Assembly (NCBI GenBank): GCA_964106645.2
Contig: OZ067045.1
Strand: one strand, 5' to 3'
DNA from: Podarcis pityusensis
Lineage: Eukaryota
Length of the DNA: 64,000 nt
Below, one piece after another: positions 11,153 through 25,120 of this stretch. Below the pieces are notes generated by a model. That model saw nothing but the letters and a program-made list of their open reading frames with translations, ran no database searches and was not told the DNA's origin. The stretch's first letter is position 1. Each line of letters starts with the position of its first letter. The translations under genes were made by a program, and so were the position numbers.

Positions 11153-11224
<72 letters not shown>
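11153..11224. repeat. Compound (GT)n-GCGC-(AC)n palindromic microsatellite
   Basis: Seen directly. A further (CA)n tract lies at about 11381-11406. Confidence 0.95.
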
Positions 11225-11225
<1 letters not shown>

Positions 11226-12157
11226 GGTTTGGCCTGCCAAACTTGATTGTGCACACAATCCTGAATGGGGATAATAACTTTATCAAGAGTCTTTGTAGGC
11301 AAGAGCACAGATGAGAACTAAGGAATCACACACAAGTCTGTTTCTTAAGAGAATCTTGTCGTCACTTGCCTGTCACCTCAACACACACACACACACACAC
11401 ACACACGAATCTCACACCTCCTTGCCTTCAGATGCATGTGAAATATAATACCCTTCTTTTTTGTTAAGTTAAACTTAGCAAAAAGGGTTGGGTGTTTGCA
11501 GAGATTTCCAAGGAAATTACAATAATTAGAACATCAGTAACACTACAGTGGAAGGATTTTGTAGAAAAGAGAATTCCAAAATCCAATCAAGCAATGAAGT
11601 CCTTTATTAGAATTCTGGATTTTTCCTAACGGCAAATAACCCTTTTACCCCAGGAAAGGCTAATCTGTTCCCCCGCTCCCAATATTGTTAGATTCTAATT
11701 CCAAACAGCCCCAGAAAACATGGCTAATAATCAGGGATAATGGGAGTCCAGTAACACCTGGAAGTCACAGAATAGCCACTTTGCCTAGTTTAGCTGCTGC
11801 ATTAACTAATGCAGAATGGGCTCCCCAAGGTGTGTCCAAGTAAAGAGCTGGCTTAAGTGCACCCTTCATTAGCAATACCGTTGAGTGATCTTACAATCTT
11901 GTTCCCCTTGAGTTATTGTTCATGATACCCAAACATTCACTTCATAGCCAATTGTTACTGTTCAGATCATTCCTCTGCTGCTAATTTTAGCAACTTAATT
12001 TAGCCTTGTAAACAGCCACTATGCTGGCCGCTGGTGGCAAGTGAATTACCTCCAGGCAAGGAATCTTTTGCAAACTGGATTTTCTCTCCCTCTTTCAGGT
12101 CAGGCTATCACATGTATATTTGGGAAGTCGATCTGCTGAACATACTTATGGACCAGC

Positions 12158-12297
12158 ACAGCCTTTGCTAGCCTGGAGTCCTTCTGATGCTTTGAACTAC
12201 AACTTCCCATTGGCCTCAGCCAGCACACCTGAATGATGCTGAGGCTGATGAGAGTTGTAGTCCAAAACATATAAAGGGCCCAGGTTGGCGAGGGCTG
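12158..12297. mobile_element. Palindromic MITE copy (near full length)
   Basis: CAGCCTTTGCTAGCCTGG...CCAGGTTGGCGAGGGCTG termini plus internal hairpin. Confidence 0.75.
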
Positions 12298-15009
12298 CTT
12301 TAACAGATAATGTAAGCGAAATGAGTACAACTGGCTACAAAATCACCTGCATTTAGAAACTGACTGGCAACTGTGGTAGAAAGTGGAGGTAAAATAATCA
12401 GGTTAGCATCATGGGATCCAACCCACCTCAGGTGGGCACAGTGCTCAAATTAGAGGGTGTCTGTAGTGGCCATGACTCCCTTACCTTGAGTGATGTCTCA
12501 CCCAGCTAGTCTCTTTAGAAGGCTCTTCTGGGAGGCAAGGGTGCAGGAAGATTTGGTAAAAATTATGGGGAAGCAGGAGAGCGAGATTATGGATTTCATT
12601 CAGCTCTCCTCTCATCTTTCCCCAAATAACTGAAACACTGTGTGGGTAGCATTCACTTTGATCCCTGACAGGTGCACCTGAGTCCTGCATCAATTATTTT
12701 CTGACAACAAACGAAAAGGTTTATTTGGGTCCTAAACTGAAGAGGGAAGGAAAGTCATAGAGATGCACTATTTTGCCAGGCCTCTTCAAAAACATGTAAA
12801 AACTGAGAGAGATGAAAGTGTGTGTGTTTGTTCCTAGAAGAAATTTGCCCAGAGAATTCTGTAGTCAGCAAATGGCCGGTGGCCCAGGTACCTTTGTGAA
12901 TTCCTTGAACTCAAAAATCCAGTTGTCAAGATAAACTGGCATGTAAGACTTTAGGACAGAGCTTTTCATATTGTTCACTTTTTAGACATGTTTTATTTCG
13001 TGACACAGTAATTCACTTTTAATAACAAACTGGAGGTTAAACTAACCCCTTTCCCAGCCCCAGGAGGAGCGCGGGGAGTGTTTGCACGACACACCTACAC
13101 ATTGCAGCTGACACACTAACATGTTGCAACACACAGTTTGGAAAGCTCTGCTTTAGGATTTCTTCATATACTATACCACAAGCCTATCAATTGCAGAACT
13201 TAAGAGTTGACCTGCCTGCTTAGTACCCTCACGGCTTCCCCGCATCCACACACACATACACATGCCAGAGATTAGCTCAAGATTAATGACCCTGTTATTC
13301 TTACCAAAACTACTGTAAAACAACTAACAAGCCTTACTTGGTGCATATTCAAGGAACTACCATGACTTATGAGTCCATTAATCCCTTCCTAAAATCATGG
13401 AGCTGGCAAAATAACAAAAGACCCCCTAACTGCATCGGATAGCCCCCCTCCATTCATCTTCATATTCACATATATGCACACACTGCAGAATGTGGACTGT
13501 GCAACTCTGATCACTAGAGGGACACACACAAGTCAGGGAGATGCTGGCAAATTCCAGGTGGCTCAAATCAAGGCACACACTTCATGGGAAAGTACAGACC
13601 TGATCCCCCACTTCCAAAGTCACTAGGCAACCTGAGCTTGGGCTCACAGGTTCCTAGCCCTGAATACAGAGATCCCTGAAGGCAGGAGCAAAATCCTAGC
13701 CACCATGTCATTAAAAAAAGCATGAATGGGTCACAACTCCACACCACCCAACATGCTGTGCCTGCCTTGACTGTCTCTAATGCTTCAGAAAGGTGGGTCT
13801 ATGAGGGGACCTCTGAATCTTACACAAGGGAAAAGATTCCACCACAACTATCCCCAGTTCCCTGGTTCACTCTATGATAGGCCCAACTGAAGCACCAGAA
13901 CAGAAAATTTAGGATACCTTGAGCAATTTTCTCCACCTCTGCTTTGACCTCCATCTGGCTTTTGGTCTCTCAACAGGCCCAGGAAGGTTTTTCAACTCTG
14001 GTGGTTTATGGTCTCCTAACCCCTTCCTAAAATCACCTCCCCCCCCCCCCCCCCCCAAGTCCAGGCACACACACAAAAAAAGAAAGTAAAATAGGTTTTA
14101 AAAACTCACAGTTAGGAAATGGCTGGCCTGGCTTCTAAAGCTCTTGGTGTAAAATGCCAGAGAGGTGGAAGCTCCCTGGTCTGGTCCTGCCCCAGAAAGC
14201 CTGTCTCTGGGAGGAGAACATGAGGCAAGGGGTGGGCACTGCCAGGGGCTGAGGAACATCAGATGGGAGGGGGCAAACTGCAGGGCTTTCAGGAGAGAGG
14301 CCAGAGCTGAGCCTTGCCTCGCAGCGATCTCTTTAGACCCCACAGCTGTGCCCACAAGCAAAAGCAAACACAGGGCAAGTCCCATGACTTTCCCCCAAAG
14401 AATCCTGGGAGTGATTTTTAAGTTTTGCAAGGGTGCTTCTCAAGAGGCCTCCAAATCTCTTTGAAGCACAAAACCCTCTTGGACCTTCAGCTTCCTTGGG
14501 CGAGGCTGGTTGGAAAAGTAGGCCTGTCCTTCATTTCCTTTCCCTTGCCAAGCCTCACAAGCATCCCTTTCAATACCTTCCACCGTCCAAAGCAAGTGTT
14601 ATTTTTTAAATAGGGGGCCTTCGAGTGGCTGACAGTTTGAGGAGCTACTTTTCCTCCTGGGCCTTCCTAATCCCCCGTCTCCCCATTGCTCATCTAGGCC
14701 TTTCCTTCGCCCTCCACACAGTCTCAGTGAACTTGTCTAAACAGCGAGCCATTTAGGTTCAAAAGCAACAAAAGTTTGAAAAGGCCTTCTGATCACGAAA
14801 GTTACAAATAATGCCCATAAGCCTTCTTTAGGCCTGGTTTACCGTGGAGCCACAACACGCAACTTGGTTGCTCAGAAGCACCCAGTTGATGATATCCCAC
14901 CCGAACAGACACAACTGTTCCAGAGGCACCCTGCAACCCACTAGCCAGTAAGCCAGTGAAATGATTTACCTGTTGTTAAAAACAGCGCAAAAAGCTTACA
15001 GTTGTTATG

Positions 15010-15170
15010 CTGCTTTCCCTTACAGCCACCCCATACGATCACTGTGGTGCCCATTTTACAGAGGAACAAGCAAGTCCCACCAGACGACAGTTTGCCCAAA
15101 GACACGCAATGAGCCCATCGAAGAACCAGGCATCCAGATCCATTTCTTCCCTGCCTGCTCTCACTGCCTC
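15010..15170 (-). mobile_element. Old MIR/Ther1-like CORE-SINE remnant
   Basis: CCCATTTTACAGAGGAACAAG...TTGCCCAA core motif. Confidence 0.5.
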
Positions 15171-18100
15171 CCACTTGTCATTCAGAGACAGTCTCGAAAA
15201 GACGCTGTAAGGGGATCCTCCATTTACAGGACCACACTTTATGCAAAAGGATTAATACAAGCTCACTTGTACCTTTTCAGGAACTGAAGGCAGTGCCTGG
15301 GGCTGAGTTTCAGTGTGTGCCACCCTGGATCCAGCAGAGGCACTCAGAGAGCACCCAAAGGGTCAAGCGCACAATGGCCAGGAGCGATACTGTGAAAGGG
15401 GTCCCTTTGGGGGACACCCTCAGCAGAAACGACACTTATAAGAGGGTCCCTTTCGGCATGCCGCAGCCGCAAGACACACCCCCTTGGCCCCCTCCCACGA
15501 GTTGCCGGGGTCCAGTATCTAAAGGACAATGAGGGAGCAGAGAAAGGACTGCTGTGAGCTTAAGGTTTCCTCTCCTCTTTGCTAGACCAGCTGCAGCAGG
15601 AATTGCCCCATGGCAAACCACAGGTGCCTGGCTGAGGCTGGAGCAGGGACAAGAGTGCCCGTTGGGGACCACAGGCAAGATGCACACCCTCCGCCCAGGA
15701 CTGTATCAGCAGGTGCTGCCTTTCAAACCCACTCCATTGTGGAACCGCCAGCATTGCAACATCTTACCTTTCGATGCAAAGGCAGCTCCCAGGCACAGCT
15801 TCTCACTCAGGGTTCTGTGCCTCTTCGGGAGAAGGGAGGGAAAAACCCTGCTTTTCCAAGGTAGAGAAGCAGCTTCCCACCCCCTCCTGCACAGGAATCG
15901 CCTTGTTTGCAGAGGCAGAATTGCAGCCAAGAAGAAAAGAGACTTTTCATTCAATAACCTTTGGCTGGAGCAAGCGTGGAGGGGCGGAGAAGCCAGAGCC
16001 CAGGCAAAATCATCCCAGGGCAGGAAGGTACCAAAAAAGAAAGGGGAAAAAACCCAAACAGTCAACCTTCTACCTAGGCAAGGCTGAACCCTTTAAGGGA
16101 CTCCGGGGACTGCAGCCCCCTGCCCTGGGACAGAGAAGGGCACAGAAACCGCCTACCCCAGGGAGTGGAACCTGCAGCAACCCGGCACTCCCCCTGCAAG
16201 GACAATGACAGTTTCTGAGCTGCTGCTCCCCCCCCCCAACCCCCCTTTCCTCCAACGCACAGACTGTATAGCTATTCCTGGAGTCTATAAAAACCATCTC
16301 TCTAAACACCCCCTGGCTGTAGAAATAGCTTCACCAGGGTTGCTATTCTCAGGGACGGCTTTCCTTGCGTGATCCAGGAACTTGGGAAGAACAATTGTCT
16401 TCAGTTCGCTCTCCCCCACCCCCCTTTCTCTCCTTATTTTTTTTTGTTAGCCATCAGCTGCTGGTCCTTCTCCCTGGAACTCATTATTCTGCAGTGTGCT
16501 GGTTCCTCGCAGGCTGCGGAAGAGTCACATAACAACTGCCAGCAGAAGTGCTGGTGGCACAACCTGAGCTCCCAGCATATCCATGACGCCCCATAGAAAG
16601 CAATCTTTTTACCTGAAGCTACGGTAAGCTCTTGGCAGCAAAGCAGACAGGTTTCACCCCTCTGCGCCTGCTCCCCCAACCCAGCTCTGATGTCTGTGGG
16701 TCTTTGGAGCACCCCTTCCTTCCTGATGGACACCTGCTGGATGTTAGCACACACTCCGTTCACAGACTGCTTGAGAGGTCACCTAGGGACAAGCAGACAC
16801 CCTCCAGCAGGACTTGCAGAGGAGAAAAAGGAAAGGCTGAGAGCAGGGGCTCAGGGATTGGGCTGCTCCTTACAGGGAAATTGATGCTGGTTCTTCGGAA
16901 GCCAGGAGTGGGGAGACGAAGGCAGGGCAGCACTATAGTGGGCATTGGTACCATTATGCCCCAAAGCAGCAACCCTTCACCTGGTTTCTTCTCTATAAAC
17001 CTGGAGCAGGAAACCTGTGCACCTCCTTGCCACAAATATTGCTGGACTGCAATGCCCAACAGCCCGAGCCAGCATGGTCAATGGCAAGCGATGTTGAGGG
17101 GCCAGGGATGGTGTGGACTGATGCTCCTCACTCAGTCCTGTCCTAAACTCTCACACACTGTTCCGGGCCAAGGAAAGCACAACAGAACCACTGCAGAATC
17201 AGCTTCAGTTGGTGAATCCAACACAGAATCATAGAATTGTAGTTGGAAATGATCCCAAAGGTTATCTATGCAGTAATAGTTTGGGGGAGGGGATTATGAA
17301 CATCCTGATACTGGCCTCAAAGTGTTATTTTATCCCTCTTTCCCAGGCCATACTCTCTCCATTTCAAGTGGCCCATGCCAGGTATTCCTCATGCCCTTTA
17401 GCTTGGCCCTTTAATCCTCATTCCTAACAAGAGTGGAACTTAAGTACATTGAACTTTGCCTGTATTGTTTCCTTCCTTCCTCTTTTCTCCATTGCATGCC
17501 CCAGACTGCAAGCTTTTTGCCTCTGTGTCTGTGTGAGCTGAAGATGTGAAGTATTTGGCATTCCAGATGTTGTTGGGACTATAACATCCATAATCGCTGG
17601 CCATGCTGGCTGGGGACAATGTGACTTCAGGAACATCGGGGGGGGGGGGGGAGACAGGTTAGCAATCCCTGGTGGAAGGCTCCATGCCCACAGATTATAC
17701 ACTATTCATGCAGCTGCTACTACTCCCGATGAGTGTTAGGATTAGTCAAGAGTGAAGAAGCATTTCAATGCATCAGCAAAGTTTCCAACACACAGCAGGG
17801 TATTTCAATGAAAGTAATTTGTATGAAGTAGGTGTGAGCGTTTCCAGGTTGTCAAGAATGCAATTGCAGCAGTCAATGTTGTTGCATAAGATGACTAGAA
17901 GAAGTGTTTCCCTTTAATGCTCTGTGGCACCTTCTTTACTCTAATTCTCAAGAAAAGGGTTGGAGTGGTGGAAGGCCTGGCCCAGCAGCTGCCATTCCAT
18001 ACCTTCCTTTTATTGTATTGTGTACAGAAAAGGTGGACATATTGGATTTTGCCTTGACTGACTCTTTTTGTTGTTAGAGCTAAGCTATGAGGCTGCACTA

Positions 18101-18729
18101 GGTGAAGATTTTGGGGAGGACTAATCAGACAGCCAATGTGGCAGTGGCCTTGAGTGTCCCTTTCTAGCCACCACAGAAGGGATGGCTGAGGACTGTTCAA
18201 GCTCCATCATGCCATTCTGAGGTGTGACTTGTTCCCCTCCTGTTATTTCTTTAAAATAGAATTTTTACAGAATTTCCAAAGTACAATTAGCTGTAAACTT
18301 GTTGAGCTGACTTCCTATAACTGAGTCATGCAGGATTTTTAAAAAAAGAAATCTAGACAAACTTTCCTCTGCTGCATTTACAGTCCAAAACAAAAAGCAA
18401 AAGGCAGAATGGAATGCCCCAGTCAAGGGCCTGTGAAGGACGGGACCACACTTCAGCTTCATTTCATGCAAACAAGAAACATCCCATAAAAACCAAGGAA
18501 GAGGATACAAGGCAGGAGTTCACATAGGGCCAGCTGGTGACTTCACAGCCAACCAGGGATTACAGCCAGGGACTCTGCAATTCATGATCATAGCCACTCC
18601 TCTTATACCTGCTCTAAATTTGACTCCCTCTCCACTGGACACCATCTGCTACCAGCCAGGTGGAGTATCTGAACCCTGGTCTATGAAGGCATGCACACTT
18701 TCCACACAAGAAAGTTTCCCCCTATTAAA

Positions 18730-18735
18730 TTTATT
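18730..18735 (-). terminator. TANGO6: Candidate TANGO6 poly(A) signal
   Basis: AATAAA on the minus strand about 320 nt after the stop codon. A second AATAAA lies at 18009-18014. Confidence 0.6.
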
Positions 18736-19051
18736 GCATTGACTGATCCCAGCAGCAGCCCCAAGACAGTCCTTCCCTCGTAAGGGACACCCTTGAATAA
18801 GTGTCAAATTTCTGCAAAATCTGCCCATGGGAGCAATCTTCTAGGCAGGCAATGGCCCAGTCTGCTCTCAGGAGCCACAGCTCAAGGACCAGCCACTCCC
18901 TCATTGCAGACTAGCACTTCTGAGGCCACAGGGGTTCAAGAGCCCAGCTGCTCAGCTCCCAAACCCCACTTCCGTGAGAGACCCTGGTGCAGTTCTGAGG
19001 TTGTGCTGCACAGTAGCAGGAGTCCTCTGATCCACTGGCACTTGTGCTTCC

Positions 19052-19267
<216 letters not shown>

Positions 19268-19824
19268 TTAGGGTTGAGTGTGTGGGAGTGAACTATTTGG
19301 ATCCCTAGTGCCTATAATGCACAGGGAGAGTATGGGAGAGTGTTCTTTCTGAGCACCAAACAAAGGCCAGACTGGCCTCTGCTTTGTCTTGCAATGCTTT
19401 CTCAATAGTTTCCCGCCTTTTTCTGAAGGATCTGAGAGCCAGAAGATTGTCAGGATGAGGTTCAGGGGGAGGGGGAAAGTACCTTTCCAAATTTCTCTAA
19501 TCACAGTCTGCATGTGGGACAGCCAGGTAATCCCACCCAGACAAGCTGCTCATTAATGCCCCATACATTTTCTGCCTCCTCCACCTCCCACTGCACCAAG
19601 GGAGTTCTGGCCACTGAGCTCCTGCAGCAGGTGAGCTTTGCAAAGCAACAGAGGCCTGTTTTGCATCTTGCAACAAACAGGCGGCAGCAGATTCTGAAAA
19701 CAGAAACTTTTATAGATAGGGCTTGCTGGAGACTGCCTGATGAATGCTCACTTCAGAAATAAGGCAAAGCCCTGTGGCTTCTTGTGCCCACATATCCACC
19801 ACAGCAGATCAAAGCCTGGCTATG

Positions 19825-20008
19825 GGAACATAGGAAGCGACCTTATGTGGAGTCAGACCATTGGTCCATCTAGCTCAGTATTGTCAACGCTGACTGGTAG
19901 CAGCTCTCCCAAGTTTCGGACCGGGTTTCCTTCCAGCTCTATGCAGAAATGCCCAGGATTGAACCTGGGACCTTCTGCATGCAAAGCTGATGATCTACCA
20001 CTGAGCTA
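19825..20008 (-). mobile_element. tRNA-Ala-derived SINE, full length
   Basis: GGAACATAGGAAGC tail through to CTACCACTGAGCTA (A-box) head. Confidence 0.85.
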
Positions 20009-21870
20009 AGGCACTTCCCCAATATAGGATCGATAGCCTTTGCCCCTGTTGAAGGCGTGACACCACTTCCTTTTCTGCAACACCATAGGAAAACACCTCC
20101 AGCAAGAAAGCATTGCACAAGTCTGGGAGATTCCCTCTTATTCCTAGGAACAACTGAGGTCATGATAGTGAGCTGTTAGAATGCTTATTCCACACCAGGA
20201 AAAGAAACACCCATTGGAGAGGCAGAGTTATGTGTAATGTCCAAAAGAACCTTTCATGCCCCAGAAGCCATTCAGCTGTCCAACCAACTGAGGTTAAAGG
20301 GCTCCCTTTGCAGCTGCCTGTCAGAAAATACTTTTGTCTAGATCTGTGCTAGAAAATTCCATAAGCCTGATCTGGCCCCCAGAGCAATGTTAGCTGGCCC
20401 CTTGTAGACCTGTCACATTCTAGTCAAGGTGTGATAAAATGTTTGTAACAGGTAAGAGCGAGGAATTAGTATACACCCATCTATCATCTTTTGGATTCTG
20501 AATCTAAGGTGCTCTACACACCCTTCTGCTTTGCCCAGGCTTCATTACAGACCCTGAGCACCTGAGATTAATTTGTGTAGTGAAAACAGACTGCTGACCC
20601 TTGAACTACTGTACAGAGCTACCTGGTGGCAGGTAATGGAGCTTGCAATGATCTAAACAGAGTTGCCTTGCTGCATGACACATTGAGAAAAGATAATGGT
20701 GATTTCCCAGAACTTTCAATGTTGGGAAAGCGAAACAGCAAAAAAGAAAACGAAAGTCAGTAAAAGCCAGAAAGCTGCAGATGGGAATCTGCCCGGGTCA
20801 AAACTTGCAAAATTGCAGCCATGATTGTGCTGGAGGTGAGAAGGCAACTCTTGTGCTGGTTCGGTTCAAATTTGGAATGAGGGCTCCCGTCCTCATTTTC
20901 TCCTGAGGTGCAGAGCTCTCCAGAGCCCAACAGGAAGGAAAAGAGTCCACTGGCATGAGGATGCAATGGGGTCACAAGGCAAAGAGTTTTGCTCAGCCTG
21001 AAAAGTTCCCAATTTCAGCATGAGGGGCATTTGATGAGAGAGCCACAAGAGCAACCAAATTGTGGGCCTGGCCTGCAAAGGTGTGTGCATTCGCAGAGGG
21101 CTGGACTTTCCCCCCCTTGAAAGGCAGTTGAAGAGTGACTTGTGGATAAATGCCCTTTTCATTTCAGGTGCCTGACACTGAGGCTTCTGCCTGTCCAAAG
21201 GTAGAAAGAGAAGCAGCCTTGCCAAAGAAACAGCACTGCTGTGCAGGAGAGGCAGAGAGTCAAGCAGCTTCTCTCAGAGCCCAGCATGGCTAGCCCATCG
21301 CCACAGGGCTTGGCTAGGAGCGAAAGTAGAAAGAAGCAGGAGGAAGAAGACGCAGTCCCTGGGCTTCCTGGATGGGGCACTCCCCAGTGTCCTGCCAAAA
21401 GAGATCCGCTGGTGGCAGCTTGCCCAGGGCTCCTGGCCTGCCCCTGGCCAACCACGCCAAGGCAGCTCCACCTGATGCTGCTGCACTTTGAAACTCAGGT
21501 GGGCAGCCTGTAGAAGCCGCAAGTCCCAGCAGGCCTCATTCACTATACACAGCCTCAATACAAGGAATACATACCAAAACCCTCAGCAGTTTGGCAACTT
21601 GCTTATCAGCTTTGGGAAGTTTGCTGATTGTTTTTGAATTTTATTATTAACCATGCAGAGGCTCTAATGGAGTAACATTCATCTCCTATTCTTAAAAGGA
21701 AGTGGCCTGTGACACCATTCTTGGGTTGGGGGCAGAAACCAAAATACTCCTGCTCAATGAAAACCTGAAGATTTTCATTTCTCTGCTGCTACTCTGCAAA
21801 TGTTTTATACCTGTTTGACAATGTCACGGAAACTGTATGTATATTGTATCTTTGAGCTCCAGAGATATAA

Positions 21871-22131
21871 AGAAGAAGAAGAGAAGAAGAAGAGTTTGGA
21901 TTTGATATCCCGCCTTTCACTCCCTTTAAGGAGTCTCAAAGCGGCTAACATTCTCCTTTCCCTTCCTCCCCCACAACAAACACTCTGTGAGGTGAGCGGG
22001 GCTGAGAGACTTCAGAGAAGTGTGACTGGCCCAAGGTCACCCAGCAGCTGCATGTGGAGGAGCGGAGACGCGAACCCGGTTCCCCAGATTACGTGACTAC
22101 CGCTCTTAACCACTACACCATACTGGCTCTC
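21871..22131 (-). mobile_element. Squam3-type SINE, apparently young, with (CTT)n tail
   Basis: Head GAGAGCCAGTATGGTGTAGTGGTTAAGAGCGG, B-box GGTTCGCGTCTCC, CORE domain, CTT microsatellite tail, many intact CpGs. Confidence 0.85.
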
Positions 22132-23072
22132 CAAATTGGGTTTGGTACTGGCAGTCTAGTAAATACTAAAAAAAAAAATCCAAATATTTCCAAATGTCTT
22201 TTCCCTTTAAAAACTGCAAGGGGGATAATGCTTCCTATGCTTTCAAAACTTTAGGAAGTGTTTCCACCTCCCATTGTGCCGTTCATTCGAGGTCACTTCC
22301 ACCCTCTGTAATAACCAAGGACAAGAGTGCAACAGCAGCAACAAGCTGAGAATATGGCTGAAGAGAAATCCTAGCAGGAACAGAATTTCCTTCTACTGCC
22401 CTTTGCCTCAACTTGGGAGGCAATTCACCTTGGAAGGGCACCAGGGCAATTCTAGAAGGCCACACCTTTCATTGACTGCCTGCAGCAACAATCAGATGAA
22501 CATGATTCTTGTAATCTTTTTTCCAGTGAGTCAATGGTAGTTGCAAATGAAATTCCCACTGCTCAGAGCCAACTTCTGGGATAGAACCAGCTGCGGCAGT
22601 CTGAGCCTCGCTGCAAGGATGCTGCCCACACAGTAAAAGGGAAGAGGCAGCCTTCAGTCTGCTGCCGGCAAGTCGTTTATTTTGTGAAGGTGGCTTAATG
22701 TGTTCAGACCTTAATGGGTCTTATTCTGAGTAAAAGACTGTTTGCTCTTGAGTATAGGCTTTCACTTTCAGTAGTGAAAGAGGTTCTGTTGCTAGGCTAT
22801 ACAGGGGAGAAGACCTACAGTTGAGACATGATAGGCAATTTTCACAACATAAATGGCGGCTTCTGGGCACCAGCTCAAGGCGTGCCTCCCCTTTTACTTT
22901 TTGTCCATTTTCTTCGGTGTTGCCCCCGTTCCACTTCTCTTCACACAGGGCACTTGCAGGGCAAAGCACAGCTCCGGCCCTAGGGGGAGTGGGGAAAAAC
23001 TTTTACCTCCAGTCTCAACCATAAAAGCAGAGGAGCCTGGGCTACAGGGCATCTCTCTTTTGGGCAGAATCA

Positions 23073-23207
<135 letters not shown>

Positions 23208-25120
23208 TCAAACAGATAAAGTCATAGGCCCTATTAGGACAGGCAGACTACTTTGCTCACCTGTGATGGGCTGGGGACTCAGAAGTGCCTGCACAGCAAA
23301 CCTGAGCGCAAAATCAAAGCCCACCACACCAGAACAGTCAAGAGAATAGGAGGTTGAGAAAATGATCTTTCCAGCCCCACCTAAAGACTGAACCTGAACC
23401 TGGGACCTTCTGCATGCAAAGCAGATGCTCTGCCATTGAGCGACAGCCTTTGCTCTAAAACCCCTTGTGGAATGCTGCACTAAGGAAACTTAAGTGAGAG
23501 AGGATGAAGTTTTCTTCCCCATCTTGGTGGGAAGGGTCAGTATTGCAAACTCCTGAGCAAAGGCAGCTGCTCTGTCCTTGGAGCTTATTCACATTCGTGG
23601 TATGGAAACTGCCACCCAGCTTGTGGTGAGTGGGCAGAACTCCTGTTTCCTGGCCTCCAAGGAGGTCCCTGCTGCTGGTTCTGAAACTGGCAGAGAAGCC
23701 TCTGCCCTGCACAGAGTTCCCCACTGTAGCCTCCTTCCTTCAGCTCAAGGGCAGCATTTCCCCCTCCCCCTCTGCAGCAGCTCCTGCTGAATCAGCTGGC
23801 ACCTGGCCCGCTGCAGAGCCAGAAGCATCCTTCTCTCTCTCCCTCCTCACACATAGAAAAGTGCGGCTTGAAATCTGCACCAAGCCACCCACCTCCTCCC
23901 TGTGTGCTGCTGTAGATGCACGGGAGCTATAGCAATAGGCAGCAGCAGAGCTGTCATGCACAGCTCCTGACACCAAGAGGGCATTCACACCTCCTGCTAT
24001 TCCAGCTTCAGCACTGCAGGAAGGAGGAGGGGAAGCAGCTGCTTTGCATGCAAAAGGCGCCTTGTTCAATCCTGCCAGGTGACACCTCTCCAATTAAAAT
24101 AATCTCACATATGTAGCAGGTGATGTGCAAGCTTTCTCTTTTTGCTCAATACCCTGGAGAGCCTGCTGCTGTTCAGAGCAGACACTGCTGAGCTAGACAG
24201 ACAAAGGGTCTGACCTGCTACATAAGGCTGCTTCCAATGCGCCCAGCAGGATTCTTTCAAACCTTTGTGGGAATGAAGCTTATGATCATTTTACCTAGAT
24301 ACCCCATAATGTGTTTTTTTAATGAATAAAAAAACCCAGCCTATTTTACTCACAGCTATTGAGGACAAAGGTTGTGTACGCACTATGTCTTTAAGGCACA
24401 TTAAAAGCACACAGACCCACACACCTCAAATAAACTTGGGGACTGGTTTGTTAAGGGTTGCTGGGATTTGTAATACTGTGAGGGGTCAATAATAGTGCCC
24501 AGAATTCTTTGAGGGAAAGAAGGTGATTTGAATGTGCTTCAAAGGCATATTGTGAACACAGTGGTCCAATTATGGACTTCTTTTCCACCCCATAGCCCTT
24601 TTCACATATACGTATGGGTGGCTTGCAGTTTCTCACCTGTGGTAGCAATTAGGATGTCATTCTGGTTTAACTAAACACCAAAGAAAAGGCTGCAATATGT
24701 AGTGTGTGTCTCTGCAGATTAGTTAACCCTGGACAGAGCTTCCATCAGGTTTCTCAACCCAGCAGGAGGGCCAGGGTCAGGTGACCCTGAAATGGCACAC
24801 AACATGCCTCTGAACTTATTATCCTTGGAGGTAGCCCCCAAAAGCATTACTGTGCAGAATTCAGAGAACTGATCCCTCCTGCCTGTGAATACCAAGATGT
24901 ACCTGCCTGGTGGGCACGTATTTCCATGGCACCCATCTCCATAGCACCGAAGTGCATCATTGGACGCAAGAGCATTCACAGCCCTGCTCCAGCTAGTTGT
25001 TGGAGAAGTGGCAGAGGGCAAATGGAAAACACAGACTTCTTGGCTGTTAAGGGTCCATTCAGCAACCTTCCAGAAAGCAAAAGGCACATCCTAGCTTCCA
25101 GTAAGCCTTACTTACTAGGT

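Noticed and set aside
14039-14056. Poly-C/G homopolymers (also about 17638, 19231, 28980 and 63579)
   Set aside because: Simple homopolymers with error-prone lengths. The run at 19231 is the exon 18 polypyrimidine tract.
15554-17234. 177-aa and 200-aa plus-strand ORFs in the intergenic region
   Set aside because: Non-ATG starts, no recognisable homology or splice structure, and one runs through a MITE remnant.
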